Below, in pieces: positions 50,940 through 60,898 of a stretch of DNA of 64,000 nucleotides. The notes below the pieces were generated by a model. The model did not search any database. It was given only the letters and a program-made list of their open reading frames with translations, and was not told the origin of the DNA. Position numbers and translations under genes: made by a program. The DNA comes from Methanotrichaceae archaeon. Its GTDB lineage: Archaea > Halobacteriota > Methanosarcinia > Methanotrichales > Methanotrichaceae. Position 1 is the stretch's first letter; every line of letters begins with the position of its first letter. The stretch is from assembly GCA_963813075.1 (NCBI GenBank), contig CAWEXU010000016.1, positions 1-64,000 of the forward strand. Direction: 5' to 3'.

Positions 50940-51304
50940 GATACTCTCACCTGCAATTCTACAGATCGGTTTCTGCTGCCGTTAATGGCAGAAAGTCTGT
51001 ATATGGTATCCTCGGATGGAGATACTGATATGGATCCCCTGAGAGCCACCGGGCCGATATCCTGGTCGATCTCGACCAGGCTTGCACCGACCACACTCCA
51101 GTTGAGGATAGTGGACTGGCCTGGTGCCAGGAATTCCGGTTCAGCATCGAAGAACTCGATGACCGGATAGGGTGATCCCAATAAGTTCAGTGCCAGTATA
51201 CCCCCGGCCAGGATCGCCAGCAGGGCTGTAAACCAGATGACAACCCCTGGCGGTGTTTTCCAGAAGGACTTTTGCATCTCCCAGTAGGTCTTTTTTTGAG
51301 CCAT
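50936..51304 (-). CDS. Membrane-anchored hypothetical protein with small Ig-like domain
   Basis: One TM helix, then PVIEFFDAEP...LNWSV.GA..VEID...VSP...T.Y.L.A.N; ATGA overlap with the nuclease gene. Confidence 0.7.
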   Translation of the reverse strand: MAQKKTYWEMQKSFWKTPPGVVIWFTALLAILAGGILALNLLGSPYPVIEFFDAEPEFLAPGQSTILNWSVVGASLVEIDQDIGPVALRGSISVSPSEDTIYRLSAINGSRNRSVELQVRVS

Positions 51305-51400
51305 CGTATGCAAATATGAGACAATTCTGGTTATTATACTCTGCTCTTTCTATGGGCCGGGGAATCTCACCTTCAATTAGCCTGTTTAATCCCCTCTTTT

Positions 51401-52833
51401 TTACAGCCCCAGACGGATGTGCTTGATCTCCAGGAATGACTCCAGGCCGTAGTGCCCCAGTTCCCGGCCGATGCCGCTCTCCTTCCAGCCTCCAAAGGGC
51501 AGCTGATAGTCCATCACATTGTTTATGTTGACCCCCACTCCTCCCGCCTCCAGCCTCTCTGCCGCCTGAATGCCTGTGCTGATGTCGCGGGTGTAGACGT
51601 ATGCTGCAAGGCCGTAATTCGAGTCGTTGGCCAGCTTTATGGCCTCATCAAGCGTCTTGAATTTCATAATAGGAGCTACCGGTCCGAAGGTCTCCTCTCT
51701 CATGATCTTCATCCTGTGGTCTGCCCGGCCCAGGACGGTGGGCAGGAAGAAGTAGCCCTTATCGAAGGCCTCACCCTCCGGCTCCCGGCCGCCAAAGAGA
51801 AGCTCTGCTCCCTTATCCAGGGCATCGGCAACATGCTCTTTGGTCTTCGCCCTCTGCTCATGGCTGAACATCGGCCCCAGGTCCACGTTCTCCTCCAGGC
51901 CGTTGCCAATCCGCAGCCGCCGGCCTGATGAATCAACTTATCGGTGAACTCCTCTGCCACATCCTCTGCCACATATACCCGGTTGACGCTGATGCAGATC
52001 TGCCCCATATTGGAGAAGGCCCGCTGGGCGCAGGCGGCAGCCGCTTTTTCGATATCGGCATCGGCACAGACGATGAAGGGAGCGTGCCCTCCCAGCTCCA
52101 GTGAGATGCGCTTGATATGAAGGGCCGCCTGGGCCATTATCCACCGTCCGGTCTCGGTCTGGCCGGTGAAAGCGATCTTTCGGGAGATGGGGTTTTCCAC
52201 CAGCTCTGAGCCCACCTCGCTTCCAGGACCGTGGACCACATTGACCACGCCCGCGGGAAATCCGGCGTCCGAGACCGCCCGAACGAATTCGGTGGCGGCG
52301 ACGGGGGCCCGGCTGGGCGGCTTGGCCACAAAAGTGCAGCCCGCAGCCAGGCACGGCCCCACCTTCCAGGATAGGAGGTCCACGGGATAGTTCCAGGGGG
52401 TGATGAGGGCGGCGACGCCCACTGGCTGGCGGAGGACAACACTTCGGCCGCGGGATGTGGACAGCCATTCTCCGATGTTCCTCCTGCCCTCTTCTGCATA
52501 GTAGTCCAGGATATCGGCCGAGGAGAGGACCTCCGCCCGGGCATTCTTCAGGGGCTTTCCCTGCTCCTGGGTCAGCAGCCGGGCTATGGACTCCGCCCTC
52601 TCCCGCACCAGGTCCGCAGCAGAATGCAATAGCTCTGCCCTCTTCTCGCTGGAGGTCCCTGACCAGATAGGAAATGCCTTTTCGGCTGCTTTCAGGGCCG
52701 TTTGCGCATCCTGGCGAGTGCCCACGGAGACCAGAGCCACAGGCTCCTGGTTTGCCGGATTATAGATCGCCCTCGCCTTCTCTATAGAAAGGGGGAGCTG
52801 TTCCCCGTCGATTATCATATGAGTATGATGCAT
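51401..52833 (-). CDS. NAD(P)-dependent aldehyde dehydrogenase (succinate-semialdehyde DH-like), -1 frameshift near 51925
   Basis: ITPWNYP, AFTGQT, LELGG, GQICIS in the first ORF; EETFGP, YGLAAY, PFGGWKESGIGRE in the second. Confidence 0.9.
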
Positions 52834-53029
52834 GAAAGACCTCCGCGTCACCTATTCTATTCCTCCAGGCTGATAATCTTTGGGCTGGGCTGATCACCTG
52901 TAATCGCATCGATCTTCAAAAAGCTGAATTGCTTTTCTTTCCAGGACTCCTATAACATTTATATCGGTATAAGAACTGATAGACATCTTAGATGATGGAT
53001 GAAATAATATCGATTGGGGTTCACGATAG

Positions 53030-53356
53030 ATGAAGTCCCCCTGTGAGGAGATCGTCTGGGATGTCCTTCCCAGCATCAGGGCAGCTATCGCCGAGGAGCT
53101 GGTCAAGAGAGGAGTATCCCAAAAAGATGTCTCGAAGATGCTGGGAATCACTCCACCTGCCGTTTCCCAGTATGTCTCCAAAAAGAGGGGCTACAATATC
53201 GAGTTCAGAGAGGATATCAGGGAGGCGATAGGAAAGCTGGCAGAAGATCTTATCGAGGGAGGGGTCGATGACCTGGTGGAAAGAATCTGCGGGGTCTGCC
53301 GCATGCTTCAAGAGGATGATAGCGCCTGTATCTCCACCAAATGTAAAGGCAAATGA
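53030..53356 (+). CDS. Archaeal XRE-like HTH regulator with Cys motifs (COG2522-like)
   Basis: MKSPCE, LPSIRA.IA..L, SQKDVSKMLGITPPAVSQYVSKKRG, ICGVC. Confidence 0.85.
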   Translation: MKSPCEEIVWDVLPSIRAAIAEELVKRGVSQKDVSKMLGITPPAVSQYVSKKRGYNIEFREDIREAIGKLAEDLIEGGVDDLVERICGVCRMLQEDDSACISTKCKGK

Positions 53357-53383
53357 GAATTCCTCTTTTCAGGAACCCAATAA

Positions 53384-54181
53384 ATGAGCCTGGATGACAA
53401 GCTAAGAGATCTCAAAGATAGAATCCGGGAGAAAGGACGGCTGCTCATCTCATACTCCGGTGGGGTGGACAGCAGCCTCCTGGCCAAACTGGCTCATGAT
53501 GTTCTGGGCGAGGGAGCGTTGGCGGTGATCCTGGACTGCGAGACCTATTCCAGAAGCGAGCTGGAGGAAGCAGTTGCCCTGGCAGAATCCCTCGGTCTGA
53601 ATCTGAGGGTGGAGAGGTTCACTATTCTCGATGACCAGGCTTTTGTGCATAATCCAGCCAATCGCTGCTATATCTGCAAAAAGAGGTCTATTGCCATTCT
53701 CAAGAGGGTGGCCCGGAAAGAGGGTATCGGTTGCATCGCCGATGGGGTGAACGTCGACGACCTCGATGACTACAGGCCCGGTATTGCCGCCTGTAGCGAG
53801 GAGGGGATCTGGCACCCATTTGTCGATTCGGGGATCAGCAAAAAGGATATTCGCTCCCTGGCTCAGAACCTGGGACTGCCGGTCTGGGACAGGCCCTCTT
53901 CCGCCTGTCTGGCCTCGCGCATTCCCTATAATGAGAAGATCACCGGGGAAGGCTTGCGAATGGTAGAGGAAGGGGAAGAGTATTTGAGGAGTTTGGGTTT
54001 TGGTCAACTGCGAGTGAGGTTGCAGGGGAAGACGGCCCGAATTGAGCTAGTGGAGCAGGAGATGGAAAGGGGGCTGGCCTTCAGGCAGGAGATCGTCATG
54101 AGGTTGAAGGGCATTGGTTTTGAATATGTCACCCTGGACCTGGAGGGCTACAGAAGCGGTAGCCTAAACGAGGTTTTGTGA
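53384..54181 (+). CDS. larE: LarE-family ATP-dependent sulfur transferase (TIGR00268-like)
   Basis: SGGVDS PP-loop, RCYICK, DYRPG, ACLASRIPY, LDLEGYRSGS. Confidence 0.88.
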   Translation: MSLDDKLRDLKDRIREKGRLLISYSGGVDSSLLAKLAHDVLGEGALAVILDCETYSRSELEEAVALAESLGLNLRVERFTILDDQAFVHNPANRCYICKKRSIAILKRVARKEGIGCIADGVNVDDLDDYRPGIAACSEEGIWHPFVDSGISKKDIRSLAQNLGLPVWDRPSSACLASRIPYNEKITGEGLRMVEEGEEYLRSLGFGQLRVRLQGKTARIELVEQEMERGLAFRQEIVMRLKGIGFEYVTLDLEGYRSGSLNEVL

Positions 54182-55485
54182 ATTCTTTGAACACTTTGAA
54201 CATTCAAGAGATAAGGTCAGATTTTCCCATTCTAGACGATCTCATCTATCTGGATAGCGCTGCCACCAGCCTTACTCCTGAGCCCGTCCTGGACGCCGTC
54301 CTGAGCTATTACCGGAGCTTCCGGGCCAATGTGGGCCGGGGGGTTTACCGCCAGGCTCAGATCGCCGACCAGAGATATAGAGACGCCCATCGCAAGGTGG
54401 CGGCATTTGTAGGGGGAGAGGATGGAACAGCTGTCTTCACCCGGAATGCTACCGAGTCGATCAACCTGGTTGCCCGCGGCCTGGACTGGAAGAGGGGGGA
54501 CCGGATTGTGACCACATTGCTCGAGCACCACTCCAACCTCCTCCCCTGGATGAGGCTGAAGGAGGTGGGCATCGACCTTGTGGTCATAGTCCCGGATAGA
54601 ATGGGGAGGATCGATCTGGCTGACTTCGAGAGGGCCATAAACGAAAAGACCAGGATGGTCGCCATGAGCCACCTATCCAATGCCCTGGGCACCATTCAGC
54701 CTGCCAGAGAGGTCGGCAGGATCTGCCGGGAGCAGGGGGCCCTCTTTCTGCTGGATGCCGCCCAATCCCTGCCCCATATGGCAGTGGATGTCAAGGACCT
54801 TGATTGTGATTTTCTCTGCTTTTCCGGCCACAAGATGCTCGGGCCCACCGGTTCGGGAGTGCTCTGGATCAGAGGGCCGGAGAAGAGCAAAAGAAATGAG
54901 GAGCAAAGGAGGGCAAAGGGGCAGAGAATGAGCGGCCCTGCCAGCAAAAACCTGGACTTCAGGAAGAAGTCGGGCAAAATTGAGCTGGAGCCCCTGCTGG
55001 TGGGGGGAGGGATGGTAGAGGAGGTTCTTGATGACGGATTTACCATCAAGGAGGGCTACGAAGGCTACGAGGCGGGAACGCCGGACATCTCCGCCGGCAT
55101 TGGCCTAGGCGCTGCAGTGGACTATCTTGTCCGGATAGGTATCGACAAAGTTCACGATCATGAGATGAGGCTCACCAGAAGGCTGCTGGAAGGGCTGGAG
55201 GACATAAAAGGCCTGCAGATCAACGGACCGGGGGCCGATAGCCCGGAGGCGCGGGGCGGAGTGGTCTCCTTTGGAATAGAGGGCCTTTTGCCCCATGAGA
55301 TCGCCTTGATGCTGGACCAGGCCTCCAACATCTGCATTCGCTCCGGGCACCATTGCTGTATCCCCCTGATGAGGCACCTGGGTCTGAAGAATGGCACTGC
55401 CAGAGCATCGCTGTATCTTTACAATACCGATGAGGAGATCGAAAAATTCCTGGGAACTATAGAGCAGATCGCCAGGATGGCTTAA
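54178..55485 (+). CDS. Cysteine desulfurase (SufS/Csd class II) with an approximately 30-aa basic insertion
   Basis: YLDSAATS, EHHSN, DAAQS, SGHKMLGPTG, EAGTP, RSGHHC. Confidence 0.92.
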   Translation: MNSLNTLNIQEIRSDFPILDDLIYLDSAATSLTPEPVLDAVLSYYRSFRANVGRGVYRQAQIADQRYRDAHRKVAAFVGGEDGTAVFTRNATESINLVARGLDWKRGDRIVTTLLEHHSNLLPWMRLKEVGIDLVVIVPDRMGRIDLADFERAINEKTRMVAMSHLSNALGTIQPAREVGRICREQGALFLLDAAQSLPHMAVDVKDLDCDFLCFSGHKMLGPTGSGVLWIRGPEKSKRNEEQRRAKGQRMSGPASKNLDFRKKSGKIELEPLLVGGGMVEEVLDDGFTIKEGYEGYEAGTPDISAGIGLGAAVDYLVRIGIDKVHDHEMRLTRRLLEGLEDIKGLQINGPGADSPEARGGVVSFGIEGLLPHEIALMLDQASNICIRSGHHCCIPLMRHLGLKNGTARASLYLYNTDEEIEKFLGTIEQIARMA

Positions 55486-55486
55486 G

Positions 55487-56243
55487 ATGATAAAGGACTT
55501 TGAGTGCCTGAGGGTGGACGATGACGAGGCCTGCAAGGCCAGCTGCCCGGTGGCAGAAGAGGTTCCCCTGTCGATTTTCATCAACGGCCGGCATTTCGCC
55601 ACTGCCATGATCAGCCCCCAGTTGAAAAGGGAGTTCGTGGCCGGGCACCTTTATTCCGAGAGGATCGTCTCCTCGGTCCAGGAGATCGAATCTATTGAGG
55701 TGGAGGGGGATGTGGTTCGGGTGATAGTCGCCAATCCCATCCGGGCGATAGTGCCAAGGAGGCCCATTGTGAGCGGCTGCGGGGGTATAGCCTCATTTCT
55801 GGATGAGTCAAAGCTCCCCCGGATAAAGTCCGATCTGAGGATCAATAAAGATCAGGCTCAGGAGGCGATGAAGGCCATATCCCTCTCCCAGACGCACATC
55901 GCAACCGGCGGGGTGCACTCCGTGGGCCTATTCGATCAATCCGGGCCGGTATCGATCATCGAGGATATAGGGAGGCACAATGCCCTGGACAAGGCTATAG
56001 GCAGCCTGATTCTCAGAGAGGGGGGGGTTCGACCTGGGCCGGACGTTTGCCGCCTGCACCGGCCGGGTATCTTCCGACATGGCATTGAAGTGCTCTGTGG
56101 CCGGCATCCCCATAGTCGTCTCCCGCGGGGCGACGACGACTCTTGCCATAACCATTGCCCAGAGGACGGGGCTGGGCATCATCGGTTTTCTCCGGGGAAA
56201 GAGGCTGTCCGTCTATGCCAATCCGGAGAGGTTTCTGATTTGA
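55487..56243 (+). CDS. fdhD: FdhD sulfur-carrier protein, +1 frameshift in the G-run near 56025
   Basis: EEVPL, SGCG, TGGVH, EDIGRHNALDKAIG; the shifted frame gives TGRVSSDMALK...GIPIVVSRGATT...GFLRG. Confidence 0.88.
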
Positions 56244-56280
56244 GATTACTGGATGAGGTTGACTGCATGAGGTCGACTGA

Positions 56281-57185
56281 ATGATCTGCTCCCTGTGCCA
56301 GGAACGGGCCATAGTCTCCCAGCGCTACCTCGGCCGGCACCTCTGCCTGGATCATTTCATCCAGGATTTTGAGGAGCGAATGGCAAAGACAATCGTTGAA
56401 TGAATCGGATGATCGAGGAGGGGGAGAGGATCGCAGTGGCGGTGAGCGGGGGGAAGGACAGCACTGCGCTTCTATTCGCTCTGCACAAAATTCTCGCCGG
56501 GAGGGATGTGGAACTGGTGGCGGTGACGGTGGATGAGGGCATCGCCGGCTACCGGGATGATACCATCCTGGCCGCAGAGCGGATCGCCCGGCAGGTTGGG
56601 GTCGAGCAGGTGATCGTCTCCTTCCAGGAGGAGTACAGCCACAGTCTGGACGAGATGGTTGTCGGAAAGAAGGTTGCGCCCTGCACCTACTGCGGGGTCT
56701 TTCGCAAGAACGCATTGAACTGCGCTGCCAAACGCCTGGGGGCGACAAAGCTGGCCACCGGGCACAACCAGGACGATGAGGCCCAGTCGGTGATGATGAA
56801 CTACTTGAAGGGGGACATGGAGCGGCTGATGCGCTTTCGGCCCAGGAGAGAGCAGCCGGGCCTCGTGCCCAGGATCAAGCCCCTGCGAGATATTCCGGAG
56901 AAGGAGATCGCCCTTTACGCCATGGTCAACGGGATCTATTTCGAGTCCAGGGAGTGCCCCTATGCCCGGCTATCTTTGAGAGCGGATGTGCGGGATATGA
57001 TGAACCGGATGGAGAGCCTCTTTCCCGGAACCCGGCAGAGGACAATTCAGGGATTCGAGAGGATCGAGGAGCTGTGCAAAGAGGGCTGGGCGCAGATGGA
57101 GCTGGCAGAGTGTAGGGAGTGCGGCGAGCCGTGTGTGGGAGAGAGGTGCAAGGCCTGCGAGCTATTGGGGAGGCTGAGAGGATGA
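56281..57185 (+). CDS. tRNA 2-thiolation protein TtuA/Ncs6 (TIGR00269-like), frameshift near 56400
   Basis: N-terminal CSLC...LCLDHF Zn finger from ATG 56281; SGGKDS, CTYCGVFR, TGHNQDD, RIKPL, ECPY; C-terminal CxxC..CxxC. Confidence 0.88.
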
Positions 57186-57424
57186 TGGATCTGGGCGCAT
57201 GTATCTCGCGGGATAAGAATGAGAAATGCTTGGGAAGAATAACTCCACGTATATCCCGAAGAAGGGCCAGAGGATCATCACAGATGTGCCACCTCCTCGC
57301 CTAGAACCTTCTGACCGGCCAGGGTGGATATTAGAGGCTCTTCGCCAAATTGTGTGGGTAACGTACTGCATAAATTTCCCTTGGGCCTTGGTGATGAGGC
57401 TTGGCCATTGAGACTTCAACCGCC

Positions 57425-57635
57425 CCAGAACATTAACCTCTGTGGTGCACACTATCTCCTCCTCTGCCACGATCTCGGCGACCTTTCTGAGGGCCGCACG
57501 ATTGCTGCGCAGAGCGTCGATCAGGATGGTGGTGCCAAGCACCAGCACCACAGGTGTCCCTCATACCGGAATGGTGCATCCCTCTTGATGCCGTCTCGAC
57601 CCGGTCCGCCAGGGCATCATACCTGCCGATCTCCT
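57425..57635 (-). pseudogene. Decayed VapBC-like locus: PIN toxin N-terminal fragment and possible antitoxin tail
   Basis: VLVLGTTILIDALRSNRAALRKV...TTEVNVL resembles the PIN start (LDT with D-to-G), then similarity ends; upstream reads EIGRYDALADRVETASRGM. Confidence 0.55.
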
Positions 57636-57724
57636 ATAATATCGAAAGAACTCTGTCCAGGAACTATGCAGTCTATTGGGAAATATCCTTATGCTTGAAA
57701 GTTCATAAGAACAAACGATCATTC

Positions 57725-57916
57725 ATGGAAAAGCTTCACTTGCCAATTCTGGTCGAGATCGACGAAGATGGCTTATACATAGTAAGCTGCCCGCTCTTTA
57801 GAGGATGCCACACCTGGGGCGAGAGCATAGATGAAGCCATGGAAAAAATGTCCGAGGTCATCCTGATGTGTCTGGAAGAGAAAAAAATCGAGAACCTCAA
57901 TACCTTTATCGGTTAG
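57725..57916 (+). CDS. HicB-family antitoxin (possibly ending at a premature TAG)
   Basis: PILVEIDEDGLYIVSCPLFRGCHTWGESIDEAM. Confidence 0.8.
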   Translation: MEKLHLPILVEIDEDGLYIVSCPLFRGCHTWGESIDEAMEKMSEVILMCLEEKKIENLNTFIG

Positions 57917-57938
57917 AGAGAGCTGAAAGCCGTTTATA

Positions 57939-57990
57939 ATGCAGAAGCTACCTGCGATTGATTCCCAAGATCTTTTGAGATTGCATTCTA
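57939..57990 (+). pseudogene. HicA toxin N-terminal fragment
   Basis: MQKLPAIDSQDLLRL directly after hicB; no GSH motif follows. Confidence 0.5.
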
Positions 57991-58025
57991 GGCGTGATAC
58001 GATCTCAAATTTGTCAAGATTTTTG

Positions 58026-59159
58026 TTAAATCCATATATTTATTTGGCGACTCCTTAACCCTAAAGTTAGGGGTAAACAGTATCTAACTACCTTAGAAGG
58101 CATTAACTGTTCTTGCGTTCTTTGAAGCTCCCAGAAATTACATTCATCAATGGTGTTCCGGACAAATGGTGTGATAAATCTAACCCAATGTCGTAAGCTT
58201 TGAAATACATTGAATGCTGTATTAATGGATGCTTTTTCCGATGCGCATACAAATGGCGAAACAATATTGTAGTTGCCTGTTGAATGATAATTGGTGCACC
58301 CACACGGGTTCATGCAGTAATCTTTTAGGCCACAGACCTGGCACTCCTTATTTATGGCCACGTTGGAAATCTCATTGCATATTTTTCCGGAAAAAAATCC
58401 ATTATCCAAATTTCCGAGACAATGTTCATTCTCTTCATCCGCCCCAATAGAGCCTCTCACAAGGATATATATTGCCAGAGGGCCCAAATGCGAATTCGCC
58501 TTTTCCCATCCTACAGTGGCTCGGATTCAAAAGGTTTATAACTCGCAAGATTGCCCCTATCTTTCCATCGATTAAACTGATGTATCTCGGTTCACAATTA
58601 AGGTAAAAATTTGTGTATTTTTGTCCAATAGCATCGTAGATTGTGGGGAGCAACTCTATATCCTTTTTCTTCCAATTGGCAGAGATGTTGGGACTTAGAT
58701 AGAGATTCCGAACGCCCAATGATGTCAGATAGTCCCCTACCTCGGGCAAGAATTGCAGATTTTCAGGTGAGTAGCTGCCGTTATAGGCGTCAATGGAAAC
58801 GAGACGCACTACCTGCTTTATATTCTTCCGACTTTGACGACCTCGCGGTGCCATCCGGAAAATGCCTAAAGGCGTCTTGAACTGTCTGGGGCCATCACAG
58901 CTTGTACACAATACGATTTCATTTTCAATTAGGAAGTCAGATATTTCTTTGGAAAGATGGTCCCATTTGTTACGGCTGATATTCCTACCCGATCTCTATT
59001 AAAGGGATGAACGTATATCATATTAGTTATTTTTTTGATTAGCTCGAACTCGAGAAGGGGCTCGCCACCAAAGAAATTTATATCGATCTTACGGAAATTA
59101 TAGGAATTTTTAAAGATAAAATTTATGGCTTTGCTTGCTGTTTGTATAGACATTAACAA
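58026..59159 (-). pseudogene. Fragmented radical SAM/SPASM-domain gene (AT-rich)
   Basis: INFFGGEPLL, VTNGT, CRMGKGEFAFGPSGNIYPCER, CQVCGLKDYCMNPCGC spread over three or more frames with stops; no CxxxCxxC found upstream. Confidence 0.8.
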
Positions 59160-59160
59160 A

Positions 59161-59286
59161 ACTCAACAAGAGTGCCAGGAAACTTTAATGATGGCCATAG
59201 GATACTGGATTGCATTCAGTCTGCGATTCGATTTGCCCATCCCGGTTATTGAAGGCCAAACCATAAGAGCACCAGTCGAGGCATAA
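59161..59286 (+). pseudogene. C-terminal remnant of a second HicB-like antitoxin
   Basis: Reads TQQECQETLMMAIGYWIAFSLRFDLPIPVIEGQTIRAPVEA*, like the TxEEC..L...W......LPIP tail of HicB proteins. Confidence 0.5.
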
Positions 59287-59489
59287 AGCAGGTCAAAGCT
59301 AGCAAAGAGAGTTTCGTTTCAGAATTCTTTTCACACTGCCTTTCTTTTACAATCCTAACTCCCGCGCAGTTATGCTTTTACTATTTGCATAACCTTTGAA
59401 GGGAAATATCTTGAGGCAGCTCCAACAAAAATATGAACGTGATCACCATCAGCTCTTGTAGCATTAAAATAAATATGGCTTGCGTTTGC

Positions 59490-60392
59490 TCAAACTTTCA
59501 CCCGCAGCATCCTCTCGATCGCCTTTTTCGCTGGCACAGCGATCTCCTCAGGCACAGTGACCCGCGGCTCCAGCGTCTCGAGCGCCCGGAGGACATCGGG
59601 AAGGGTGGTCTTTTTCATATTCTGGCAGATGGCCTCCTCGCTCAGAGGATAAAACTCCCTGTCCGGATGGGCCTTCTTCAGCCGGTAGATCATGCCCACT
59701 TCGGTGCCGATGATGAACTCCCGCGCCCGGCTGGTATTGGGATGCTTGCACATGCCCGCAGTGCTGTAGACGAAATCGGCCAGATCGAGCACCTCCGGCC
59801 GGCACTCCGGATGTGCCAGAACCTCCGCCTGGGGATGCAACTCCCTTGCCATCTTCACCATCTCCGGGGTGAAATGGTCATGAACATAACAGTAGCCGTT
59901 CCAGGGGATGATCTTCTTTTTCGTATGGCGGGCCACATAGGCCGCCAGGTTCCTGTCCGGCACAAATATGACCTCGTCTTCAGATAGCGATTCTACCACC
60001 TGCACCCCATTGGCTGAGGTGCAGCAGATGTCGCTTTTTGCCTTGATCTCGGCGGTGGAGTTCACATAGCATACCACCGCTGCGCGAGGATAGAGAGCCT
60101 TCAATTCATCCAGCTGCTGGGGAGTGATCATATGAGCCATGGGGCAATAGGCTCCTTTCACCGGCAGGACCACCCTCTTTTGCGGGGACAATATCGCGGC
60201 CGTCTCCGCCATGAAGTCCACCCCGCAGAAGACTATAACCTCGGAGTCCAGAGCTGCTGCTGCCCGGGAGAGCTCCAGGGAGTCGCCCGCCAGGTCCGCT
60301 ATATCCTGAACCGCCGGTATCTGATAATTGTGGGCCAGAATCGTCGCCCGGCGTTCTTTCTTCAAAGCCTGAATCTCTTCTATCATAGCCAT
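59490..60392 (-). CDS. nadA: Quinolinate synthase
   Basis: ILAHNYQ, GDSLELS, FCGVDFMAE, CPMA, YVNS, CYVH, HPEC, CQNMK. Confidence 0.96.
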   Translation of the reverse strand: MAMIEEIQALKKERRATILAHNYQIPAVQDIADLAGDSLELSRAAAALDSEVIVFCGVDFMAETAAILSPQKRVVLPVKGAYCPMAHMITPQQLDELKALYPRAAVVCYVNSTAEIKAKSDICCTSANGVQVVESLSEDEVIFVPDRNLAAYVARHTKKKIIPWNGYCYVHDHFTPEMVKMARELHPQAEVLAHPECRPEVLDLADFVYSTAGMCKHPNTSRAREFIIGTEVGMIYRLKKAHPDREFYPLSEEAICQNMKKTTLPDVLRALETLEPRVTVPEEIAVPAKKAIERMLRVKV

Positions 60393-60532
60393 CGAGAACA
60401 GTCCCTGGGAATGGGAAACTATTATTTCAATCTATTTAGATAGATTCACTGAATACTATTAGCTCAATTAAACTGTAATTGATCCTGATCGGATATCATT
60501 TCACTTATCACTTATCGAATACCATTGGAATA

Positions 60533-60811
60533 TCATCCGCCGATGGCAGCAGTGAACAGAGCCAGCTCATCCCCCTCCTTCAGCGGGGTCTGGAGCGACT
60601 GCAGGCTGTCGATGTTCTTTCCCGAAAGGAAGATGTTCACGTCCTCCCGCAGCTTTCCTTCCTTGAACAGGAGCGGCTCTAACGGGGCGTGATCACGGCA
60701 TAACATCCTCAGAAGATCCACAACCATTGCCCCCTCTCCCGGCAGATCGATCTCTCTTTCCTTTCCCAGAATATCTCGAAATCCGGCAAACGACCTGATC
60801 TTAACCTTCAT
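60533..60811 (-). CDS. MoaD/ThiS-family ubiquitin-like sulfur carrier (SAMP-like)
   Basis: VKIRSFAGFRDILG, LKEGDELALF, C-terminal GG. Confidence 0.9.
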   Translation of the reverse strand: MKVKIRSFAGFRDILGKEREIDLPGEGAMVVDLLRMLCRDHAPLEPLLFKEGKLREDVNIFLSGKNIDSLQSLQTPLKEGDELALFTAAIGG

Positions 60812-60898
60812 CCACTGCCCTCAACTTTCGCCTTATCTTCCATCCTCGTCTTCTGCCTTCGTTTTCTTCCTCACCTGCGAGCTTCATTGGCTCTCAGT

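Noticed and set aside
56018..56027. Poly-G phase variation in fdhD
   Set aside because: Homopolymer length error is the more likely cause given the other indels; reads are needed
57226..57411. 61-aa ORF inside the remnant island
   Set aside because: Could be another gene fragment, but I cannot assign it to any family
57914..57916. In-frame TAG in hicB as pyrrolysine readthrough
   Set aside because: No pyl genes in the window and the locus is decaying; a nonsense change or the natural end is simpler
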